16,377 nt of DNA from Longimicrobiales bacterium (lineage in GTDB: Bacteria > Gemmatimonadota > Gemmatimonadetes > Longimicrobiales > Gaopeijiaceae), in contig JBFFWJ010000018.1 in assembly GCA_041570315.1 (NCBI GenBank), positions 1 through 16,377 of the forward strand, written 5' to 3'. This document shows, piece by piece, positions 8,374-15,481 of this stretch; position 1 is the first letter of the stretch, and each line of letters begins with the position of its first letter. The translations under genes were made by a program, and so were the position numbers. The notes below the pieces were generated by a model, which was given only the letters and a program-made list of their open reading frames with translations, searched no databases and was not told the DNA's origin.

Positions 8374-9466
8374 GGCGGTCAAGCGGATCCGGAGCGACCC
8401 GGACGTCAGCCACGCGGTCATCGCGGCGTCGGACTTCGCGCGCGGCCTCGATTTCAGCGAGCTGGACAGCCGGGCCATCGGCACGGTCGTGTCCGAGCTC
8501 GCCACGAACATCCTGAAGTACGCCGTGCACGGCCAGGTGACGATCGAGGAGGTGGGCTCGGGGGACCGCCACGGCATCCAGGTCACCGTGTCCGATCGCG
8601 GGCCCGGGATCGCGAACGTGCGGGAGGCGCTCCAGGATCACTTCAGCTCGAGCGGCACGCTCGGCCTCGGACTTCCCGGGGTTCGTCGCATGGTGGACGA
8701 CTTCGACCTGCAGTCCGAGGTGGGGCGGGGCACGACCGTCGTCGTGCGAAAGTGGAAGAGCCATGGGGCGTCGCGCACCCGTCGTGCGGGCATGCTGCAG
8801 GGCTCTCCCGGGAGCGCCGCGTTCGCCGAGCGGGGCACCGACCGGGGCAGCGAGACGTTCGAAGCCTCCGGTCACCCCGAAGGAGCGTTTCACGTCGTGC
8901 ACGTGAATCGTCCGTGCAGGGGTGAGCTCGTGAGCGGAGACGGCGTTCTCGTGAGCCGCGTGGAAGGGACCGTGCTGATCGTCGTGGTCGACGGGCTGGG
9001 GCACGGGAGAGAGGCCAACCTGGCTGCCAAGGCCGCGACGCGGCTGGTCCGCAAGGAGCCCATGCTCGACCTGGGGCACCTGATGATCCGGCTGGACGAT
9101 CGGCTCCGCGGCACGGTCGGAGCCGCGGTCTCCCTGTGCTCGGTGGATCTCGCTTCCGGTGCCGTGCGATACGCTGCCGTCGGGAATACGGTCCTGCGCA
9201 TCGAGGGCGAGCGGTCGCACAGGATGGCTGCGGCGGCCGGCACGGTGGGAGCCCGCCTCAAGCCGCCTCGAGTGCAGTCGGCCGCCCTCGGCAAGGGGGA
9301 GGTGCTCCTGATCCACACCGACGGGATCTCCGAGCGCCTGAGCCCGCAGGACTATCCCCAGCTCCGGTATCAGAGCCCGGAGACCGTGGCCGAGACGATC
9401 GTGGCGCGCTACGGGAAGCGGCACGACGACGCCACCGTCGTCGTGGCCAGGTTCGGCGGCGCATGA
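8360..9466 (+). CDS. Single ORF fusing an RsbT-type GHKL serine kinase (N-terminal, about 135 aa) to an RsbX-type PP2C phosphatase (C-terminal), joined by a low-complexity linker
   Basis: The RsbT part is IGTVVSELATNILKYA...VTVSDRGPGI...SGTLGLGLPGVRRMVDDFDL...TTVVVRKW. The RsbX part is LVSGDGVLVSRVEGTVLIVVVDGLGHGREANLAA...AVGNTVL...LLIHTDGISE...HDDATVVV (compare B. subtilis RsbX CGDSF...CAVADGLGSG...VGNVRF...IIHTDG...KDDLT). No in-frame stop separates the halves. The GTG at 8360 overlaps the rsbS stop by 14 nt. The six-frame ORF extends upstream to 8267. Confidence 0.78.
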   Translation: MTAPRAVKRIRSDPDVSHAVIAASDFARGLDFSELDSRAIGTVVSELATNILKYAVHGQVTIEEVGSGDRHGIQVTVSDRGPGIANVREALQDHFSSSGTLGLGLPGVRRMVDDFDLQSEVGRGTTVVVRKWKSHGASRTRRAGMLQGSPGSAAFAERGTDRGSETFEASGHPEGAFHVVHVNRPCRGELVSGDGVLVSRVEGTVLIVVVDGLGHGREANLAAKAATRLVRKEPMLDLGHLMIRLDDRLRGTVGAAVSLCSVDLASGAVRYAAVGNTVLRIEGERSHRMAAAAGTVGARLKPPRVQSAALGKGEVLLIHTDGISERLSPQDYPQLRYQSPETVAETIVARYGKRHDDATVVVARFGGA

Positions 9467-11148
9467 TCGAGCTCGGCACGATCTGGGGAGGAGCGGAGGG
9501 GGCCGTGCGGGACGCCCGTCGGAAGGTGCGGGTGACCCTCGAGCGCCTGACCGCCGACGACATGGTCGCGAGTCGGATCGCCTCGGTGACCTCTCAGCTG
9601 TTTCGCGCCCTGGATCGCGGCGCCGAGCCCGGGAGAATCGATGTCCGGCTCGATGACGCCGGGGCGGCGCCGATGCTCGTCCTCGACCTGGTCGGGGCGG
9701 GCGATGAGCTCGACGACGCCGTGGCCGAGCCCTTCTTCGACCGGATCTCGAAGGTGCTCGTGGACGGAGAGCCCGGCGTACGGCTGGGTCTGTACCTGGA
9801 TCTCGCCGTGGCGTCGGCGCTCTCCGAACGGCGCATCGCCGAGATGCGCGCCGTGATCGAGCAGAAGGGACGGGACGCGCTGATGCAGGAGCTCACGGTC
9901 AAGAACCGCGAGCTCCAGGAGTCGTTCGACAACCTCCGCCGGACCACGACGGCGAAGGAGCGCATGGAGAGCGAGCTCAACATCGGGCGCGACATCCAGA
10001 TGAGCATGCTGCCGCTCAAGTTCCCTCCGTTTCCCCACAGAACCGACTTCGCGGTCTTCGCGACCCTGGAGCCGGCGCGGGAGGTCGGGGGAGACTTCTA
10101 CGATTTCTTCCTGATCGACGAGGACCGGTTCTGCTTCTGCGTCGGAGACGTCTCGGGCAAGGGCGTGCCGGCCGCCCTCCTCATGGCGGTCACGAAGACG
10201 CTCATCAAGTCGCGCGCCACGAACGACTTCTCTCCCGCCAGCATCCTGACGCACGTGAACGACGAGATCTCGGAGAACAACGAGTCGGCGATGTTCGTCA
10301 CGCTTTGGCTCGGGATCCTGGACGTCAGCTCGGGTGACCTGGTGTACACGAACGCCGGTCACAACCCGCCCTACCTGAAGCGGGCGGGCGGCGAGCTCGT
10401 GCGGCTGGACGAGCGGCACGGCCCCGTGGTCGGCGCCGTGGACGGTCTCGTCTACTCCGAGGGCTCGGGCCAGCTGAGCGGTGGCGATGTCCTGTTCCTC
10501 TACACCGACGGCGTCACCGAAGCGATGGATCCCGCTGGACGGCTGTACGACGAGGACCGGCTCGTCTCGGTTCTGCAGTCGACGGACTTCGGCTCCGTGG
10601 ACGAGGTCGTCAAGGCGTCCACGGACGACGTGTGGCGCTTTCAGGCGGAGGCCGAGCAGGCCGATGACGTCACGGTGCTCGCGGTCGAGTTCATCGGCAG
10701 GGCAAGGGGCGTAGGCGATCTGCACGTCCTCGACCTGGGCATCCCGAACCGCCTGGAAGAGATCGACACGGTCAACCGGGCGTTCGACGAGTTCGCGGCC
10801 GAGCGCGGGTTGTCAGAGCGGGTCCGCCGAAGCATGAAGCTCGTGTTCGACGACCTGCTCAACAACGTCATGTCGTATGCCTACGAGGACGAGGCCGATC
10901 ACGAGATCCAGGTCCACGTCGAGCTGTCGTCGGACAGGCTCGCGGTCCGCATCAGCGACGACGGGCGTCCCTTCAACCCGTTCGGGCGAACCGCCCCGGA
11001 CACGGCCCTGACGCTGGAGCAGCGAGAGATCGGCGGGCTCGGCATCCATCTCGTCCAGAACCTGATGGACGAGGCTTCGTACACGCGACGCACCGATCGG
11101 AACGTGGTCGTCCTGGTGAAATACCTTTCAGACAACGCAGAGGAGTAG
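9463..11148 (+). CDS. Output-module fusion: unassigned N-terminal regulatory region, RsbU/SpoIIE-type PP2C phosphatase, then a C-terminal RsbW-type GHKL anti-sigma-factor kinase domain
   Basis: The ATG at 9463 overlaps the upstream stop (ATGA). PP2C motifs are present: ELNIGRDIQMSMLP, GGDFYDFF, CVGDVSGKGVPAALLMA, YTNAGHNPPYL, LFLYTDGVTEA, DDVTVLAVEF. The C-terminal kinase domain shows an N-box (DDLLNNVMSYA), G1 (ISDDGRPFNP) and G2 (GGLGIHLV). Comparable PP2C-kinase fusions exist, for example in the multidomain M. tuberculosis Rv1364c. Confidence 0.85.
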   Translation: MIELGTIWGGAEGAVRDARRKVRVTLERLTADDMVASRIASVTSQLFRALDRGAEPGRIDVRLDDAGAAPMLVLDLVGAGDELDDAVAEPFFDRISKVLVDGEPGVRLGLYLDLAVASALSERRIAEMRAVIEQKGRDALMQELTVKNRELQESFDNLRRTTTAKERMESELNIGRDIQMSMLPLKFPPFPHRTDFAVFATLEPAREVGGDFYDFFLIDEDRFCFCVGDVSGKGVPAALLMAVTKTLIKSRATNDFSPASILTHVNDEISENNESAMFVTLWLGILDVSSGDLVYTNAGHNPPYLKRAGGELVRLDERHGPVVGAVDGLVYSEGSGQLSGGDVLFLYTDGVTEAMDPAGRLYDEDRLVSVLQSTDFGSVDEVVKASTDDVWRFQAEAEQADDVTVLAVEFIGRARGVGDLHVLDLGIPNRLEEIDTVNRAFDEFAAERGLSERVRRSMKLVFDDLLNNVMSYAYEDEADHEIQVHVELSSDRLAVRISDDGRPFNPFGRTAPDTALTLEQREIGGLGIHLVQNLMDEASYTRRTDRNVVVLVKYLSDNAEE

Positions 11149-11156
11149 CACGACTC

Positions 11157-11489
11157 GTGAACATGTCGATGAGCGAGAGCGGCGGCATCACCGTGGTCCG
11201 GTTCGACGGGAACCTGGACACGAACACGGCACCCGAGGCGCAGGAACGGTTCGACGAGCTGGCGGGCCAGGGCGTGGGCAAGGTCCTCGTAGACTTCGAG
11301 AGGCTCGACTACATCTCGAGCGCCGGACTGCGCGTCCTCCTCGCGACCGCGAAGAAGCTGCGCTCGGGCGGCGGCAACCTTCGCCTCTGCAATCTCAACG
11401 AGACCGTCGCCGAGGTGTTCGAGATCTCGGGCTTCAGCACGATCTTCGCCGTGTTTCCCACGGAAGCCGAGGCGCTGGAGGGCTTCTGA
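11157..11489 (+). CDS. rsbV: Anti-sigma-factor antagonist (RsbV/SpoIIAA-type STAS), 110 aa
   Basis: ITVVRFDGNLDTNTAPE...VLVDFERLDYISSAGLRVLL...NLRLCNLNETVAEVFEISG carries the conserved phospho-Ser motif DYISSAGL. AGAGGAG sits 11 nt upstream of the GTG at 11157. An ATG at 11163 is an alternative start. Confidence 0.85.
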   Translation: MNMSMSESGGITVVRFDGNLDTNTAPEAQERFDELAGQGVGKVLVDFERLDYISSAGLRVLLATAKKLRSGGGNLRLCNLNETVAEVFEISGFSTIFAVFPTEAEALEGF

Positions 11490-11497
11490 GCGTCGAC

Positions 11498-12901
11498 GTG
11501 GGCGCGGTCCCGCGAGAGGCCGCGGCCGCGGTTCTTCCGGAGGAGTCCCGCGCCCGGTACTCGTGGGACCTCGTGGTTCTGTGCGCGGTCGTGGCGACCG
11601 GTCTGATCATCCCGTTCCAGATCGCGTTCCTCCGGCGCGTGGACGTGCTGGGCAGCGTCGCGGTGTACGTGCTCGATCTCGTGTTCCTCGTCGACATGAG
11701 GCTGAACCTGCGGACGTCCTTTCGGCGTGGAGGCTCCGAGATCCGGGATCGGTCCGAGATCGCACGGCACTACCGACAGGCAGGTTTCCGTACCGATCTC
11801 CTGGGCGTGATCCCCGTGGACCTGCTGGTCCTGGGATCCGGCGCGGCGTTGGGAGGGGTCCCGCTCGCGCTGCTCTTCCGGGTGAACCGGCTGCTCCGGG
11901 TCGCCCGAGCGCTGAGGGGCTTTCGACGCTGGGAGCGGCTCCGGTGGACCAACACCGGATACCTGAGAATCGCCAAGCTCCTGATCGGGGTCTTGCTGCT
12001 GATCCACTGGGTCGCGTGCGGCTGGTTCCTCGTGGCGGTGCTCGAGGGGTTTCCTGCGGATTCGTGGGTGGCCAAGGCGGGGTTGGAGAACGTGGATCGT
12101 GGCAGCCAGTACCTGCGCTCCCTCTATTGGGGCTTCGTGACCACCACGACGGTCGGGTACGGCGACATCACGCCGTCCAAGAACGCGGAGTACGCCTTCA
12201 CCGTGGTGGTGATGATCGTGGGCGCGTCGATGTACGCGCTCATCATCGGCAGCATCGCGTCGCTGGTCAGCTCGATCGACGCGGCGAAGACCGCGTTTTG
12301 GGAGCGGGTCGACGGGGTGGGTCAGTATCTCCGCGCTCGAGGCGTTCCGGAGCCGCTTCAGGAGCAGGTCCGCGACTACTACGAGTACGTCTGGGACCGG
12401 TATCGCGGGGCGGACGCGCGGCAGCTGCTCCGTGACGTCCCCGACTCGATCCGGCTCGAGGTGCTCTTTCATCTGGCGCACGAGCTGATCGAGCGTGTGC
12501 CGCTCTTCCGTCATGGGGACGTGGCCATGCGCAACGCGCTGCTCGCGGCGCTCGAGCCGCGCGTTTTCGTGGCGGGCAGCCACGTGGTCGGCGCAGGCGA
12601 GGTCGCGGACGGGCTCTATTTCGTGAGCAGCGGGCGGCTGGTCATCGTCGATCCGTCGGGCGAGCCGTCCTCGGGCGAGCTCGAGGCCGGTGACTACTTC
12701 GGGGATCTTTCCCTTCTTCTCGGGGAGCGCCGTACCTGTTCGGTGCGAGCCGTCACCCACAGTGACATCTTCTTTCTGCCCAGCGCGGAGTTCGAGCGCC
12801 TCAAGTCCCGCCATCCCGAGTTTCGCGAGGCGCTGCGTGAGATCGCGGCCGGCAAATCCGACAAGCTCGCGGAGTTGGTGGCGAAGGGCTGCATCCTCTA
12901 G
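11498..12901 (+). CDS. Six-TM S4 voltage-sensor-type K+ channel with C-linker and C-terminal cyclic-nucleotide-binding domain (SthK/MloK1/HCN-like)
   Basis: S4 has a regular Arg spacing (FRVNRLLRVARALRGFRRWERLR). The pore helix and selectivity filter read YWGFVTTTTVGYGDITP, and S6 follows. The CNBD beta-roll shows LYFVSSGRLVIV...GDYFGDLSLLLGERRTCSVRAV. The GTG at 11498 lies 9 nt after the rsbV stop. Confidence 0.88.
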   Translation: MGAVPREAAAAVLPEESRARYSWDLVVLCAVVATGLIIPFQIAFLRRVDVLGSVAVYVLDLVFLVDMRLNLRTSFRRGGSEIRDRSEIARHYRQAGFRTDLLGVIPVDLLVLGSGAALGGVPLALLFRVNRLLRVARALRGFRRWERLRWTNTGYLRIAKLLIGVLLLIHWVACGWFLVAVLEGFPADSWVAKAGLENVDRGSQYLRSLYWGFVTTTTVGYGDITPSKNAEYAFTVVVMIVGASMYALIIGSIASLVSSIDAAKTAFWERVDGVGQYLRARGVPEPLQEQVRDYYEYVWDRYRGADARQLLRDVPDSIRLEVLFHLAHELIERVPLFRHGDVAMRNALLAALEPRVFVAGSHVVGAGEVADGLYFVSSGRLVIVDPSGEPSSGELEAGDYFGDLSLLLGERRTCSVRAVTHSDIFFLPSAEFERLKSRHPEFREALREIAAGKSDKLAELVAKGCIL

Positions 12902-12910
12902 GAGCCTGCG

Positions 12911-15481
12911 TTGAACATCGTGATTGCGGACAGTCTGGTTCGGGAGACGCTGAGCCCGGAGCGGCAGTTCCACGGCATCCCGTCGAACCTGGGGGCCCGC
13001 GAGATCGCCCGGCTGATGGGCAGGGGCCGGGCCTACGGCGAGGGACCGTTGCCGTCCCTGGTCCGCGCGGCGGCGGAGCCGGGGGGGCGCACCGGTCTCG
13101 TGCTGCTACGTGAAGTGGCGTCCGCGGACGCGGCGTCCTCGTCGCAGGACCCGCTGTCCGACTGGGTCGATCCGGTCCGGTCCGTCGTCGACCGGGCCCC
13201 CACCTTGGATTGCCCCCGCGGCCGCATTCCGTCGCGGGCGTTGATCGAGGCGATCGCCGAGGTCGCCGGGGTCGACGAGACCGCCGTGGCGGACGGGCGC
13301 GCCGACCTCGGGTTCCTCGTCGTCGGCTGCCAGACGGAGAAGCGGATCCAGGCGATCGCGACATTCCTGCGCGTGGTGCTGGGCTTCGAGCGCGTCGCGG
13401 TGAGCCCTCACCTCGTCGGCAGCTCCACGGCCGAAGCGCACTACGCCGCCCTGCGGCACAACCTCCCACGCTCGGGGGTGCGCGTGCTGCTGGATCTGGC
13501 CGAGGCGGCCCGCTGGGTCGACCTCGACCCGGATGGCGCCGGGCTCGCGGGCGGCGCTCCCTGCGTGATCGATCCGGCCGAAGCGCGCGAGCAGATGGAC
13601 GACGACGCGCAGCGGATCGTTCAGCTGATCTGCATGCACTGGACGCGGGCGGAGCTGCGGGCGCTTGCCGGCGGCTTCAGCGGGAGCATGCTCTTCATCG
13701 CGGACGGGTGGAAGGGAGAGGCGCGTACCGAGCCGATGGTGCTCAAGATCGACGACTTCGCGCAGATGAGGCGCGAGCTCGATGGCTACCACCAGGTGAA
13801 GGACTTCTTCGGCAAGCACGTGCCGACGTTCGGGTACCCGGTGCGGCAGGGCGGTCTGCTCGGCGTCGGCATGGAGCTCGCGGCGATGGAAGGCCGTCCC
13901 ATGACCCTGCAGGATCACTTCGAGAAGGCGGAGACCGAGGGCGCGGTGGCCCATTTTCTCGCCCGACTCGAGAAGTCGTTGGACCTGCTGTCGGGAAAGC
14001 TGTACGGGAACACCCTCGAGCGGAGCAGCGTGGCGCCTTTTCGCAGCTTCGGTCTCCACGTGGAGCAGCAGCTCACCTGGCTGCGCGAGAACGCCACGAT
14101 CATCCTCGGCTACGTCGCGGAGATGGGGCTCTCCCTGGAGCGCGTCGACCTCGACCAGCTCGAGAACGTGGTCCGGCTGGTGAGCAGGAATCCGGATGCC
14201 GTGGAATCCGAAGTGTGTCTGCAGCACGGGGATCTGAACTTCGCCAACGTCATCTGCGACGATGGGGACAACGTCTGGTTCATCGACTGGACGCACAGCG
14301 GCGTGCACCCGCTGGAGCTCGACTTCGCGAAGCTCGAGAGCGACGCGAAGCTCGTCATGAGCAAGGACTTCGACCCCGACGACCTGCCGAGGCTCCGCGT
14401 CTTCGAGGAGTACCTGCTGAGCCAGAAGATCCCGGCGACGGCCGACGAGCTTCCCGACGCGCTCAAGTTCGCCAAGTGGGATCTGCGCTTCAGGAAGATC
14501 CTCGACGCCGTGCGTCTGATCAGGCGGTGTTGCTTCCGCCTCAAGAAGGACGACGACTGGCTGGTCTACCGGGTCGCTTTGCTGCGCTACGCCATGCATA
14601 CCCTCAGCTTCGACCAGCGGAGAGGCCGGGGGGAGTGCGACGAGACGCAGCTGATGTACGCGCTGTACTCGTGCGAGTCGCTCTCGCTGACGCTCGTCGC
14701 CGACGACTTCCACCTGAAGATCCGGGCCGAGCGGCCGGCGTCGTATCCCGAGCGGCAGCGGATCTCGATCGACGAATCGCTGTGGGTTCTGGACTGCGAG
14801 GAGTACGACCCGCCGTACCACGTCGATCCTGCGGTCCTGGAGGCGGGGCGCGACCGCCGCGACGACGGATGGGCGGATCCGGAGGACATCGATGCCGCCG
14901 CGCTCGCCGAGCGAGCGGCCCGGTTCCGCGACGGCGGCGGGCGCCCGCTCAACCCGCGTGGGCGGACGGGGATCGCGGGGCGCGGCCTGCTGGGGCTGTG
15001 GGGCGCCAACGCTTCGGTCGTGGGGGTGGTGCTGCGGACCAGCCGGATCACCGGGGAGCTGCAGATCCTGCTCGGGTCCCGAGAGGACGACACCGCGCTC
15101 GCGCTGCCCATGGGCTTCGTGCTGCCCGACGAGGAGCCGGAGCACGGGGTGCTGCGGGTGATGGAGGTCGAGACGGGATGGCGGCCGGGGAGCACGCCGG
15201 TTCCGCTCAGTGAAGGGTACGCCTACGATGCGCGCCAGACGGATCACGCCTGGGTCGAGCGTCGGGCGTACCTCTTCGATCCGGCCGAGGAGGAGGCCCC
15301 GGATCTCTTCGACCCGGCTGGCGACCTCGAAGAGGTGTCGTGGTGGCCGATGAGCATCGAGACCATGACCCGGGTTCCGGCGGGTCAGGCGCCGGTGATC
15401 CACGAGGCGCTGGGGGCGGCGCGCGCGGCCGGGCGAATCGACGCCGAGCTGGCTGAGCAGCTGATGCGGAGGGCCGTGTGA
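12911..15481 (+). CDS. 856-aa three-domain protein: an unassigned N-terminal domain of about 215 aa, an APH/choline-kinase-like (protein-kinase-like fold) phosphotransferase domain, and a C-terminal NUDT9-homology (ADP-ribose pyrophosphatase-like) Nudix domain with a degenerate Nudix box
   Basis: TTG start, with GGAG 6 nt upstream. Kinase motifs are present: a Gly-rich loop (ALAGGFSGSMLF), a Lys (MVLKID), a catalytic loop (LQHGDLNFANVI) and an Mg-binding IDW (VWFIDWTHSG). The NUDT9 signatures are LNPRGRTGIAGRGLLGLWGANA (compare NUDT9 [22 protein letters not shown]), GYAYDARQTDHAWVERRAY (compare GYVDDPRNTDNAWMETEA) and a C-terminal VSWW...APVIHEAL. The Nudix box reads GFVLPDEEPEHGVLRVMEVETGW, that is RE-x-x-EE changed to RV-x-x-VE. 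Confidence 0.8.
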   Translation: MNIVIADSLVRETLSPERQFHGIPSNLGAREIARLMGRGRAYGEGPLPSLVRAAAEPGGRTGLVLLREVASADAASSSQDPLSDWVDPVRSVVDRAPTLDCPRGRIPSRALIEAIAEVAGVDETAVADGRADLGFLVVGCQTEKRIQAIATFLRVVLGFERVAVSPHLVGSSTAEAHYAALRHNLPRSGVRVLLDLAEAARWVDLDPDGAGLAGGAPCVIDPAEAREQMDDDAQRIVQLICMHWTRAELRALAGGFSGSMLFIADGWKGEARTEPMVLKIDDFAQMRRELDGYHQVKDFFGKHVPTFGYPVRQGGLLGVGMELAAMEGRPMTLQDHFEKAETEGAVAHFLARLEKSLDLLSGKLYGNTLERSSVAPFRSFGLHVEQQLTWLRENATIILGYVAEMGLSLERVDLDQLENVVRLVSRNPDAVESEVCLQHGDLNFANVICDDGDNVWFIDWTHSGVHPLELDFAKLESDAKLVMSKDFDPDDLPRLRVFEEYLLSQKIPATADELPDALKFAKWDLRFRKILDAVRLIRRCCFRLKKDDDWLVYRVALLRYAMHTLSFDQRRGRGECDETQLMYALYSCESLSLTLVADDFHLKIRAERPASYPERQRISIDESLWVLDCEEYDPPYHVDPAVLEAGRDRRDDGWADPEDIDAAALAERAARFRDGGGRPLNPRGRTGIAGRGLLGLWGANASVVGVVLRTSRITGELQILLGSREDDTALALPMGFVLPDEEPEHGVLRVMEVETGWRPGSTPVPLSEGYAYDARQTDHAWVERRAYLFDPAEEEAPDLFDPAGDLEEVSWWPMSIETMTRVPAGQAPVIHEALGAARAAGRIDAELAEQLMRRAV

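Noticed and set aside
8792-9466. Separate rsbX gene starting at the internal ATG 8792 in the linker
   Set aside because: It is possible as an additional internal start. However the upstream RsbT-like reading frame has no stop before it, so the sequence as given encodes a fusion. I report it as a fusion with an explicit resequencing caveat.
12911-13560. SLOG/LOG-like assignment for the N-terminal domain of the kinase-NUDT9H protein, which would have strengthened a TRPM2 (MHR/SLOG + NUDT9H) analogy
   Set aside because: There is only a loose PGGxTG resemblance, in the wrong position and order relative to LOG motifs. That is insufficient by eye.
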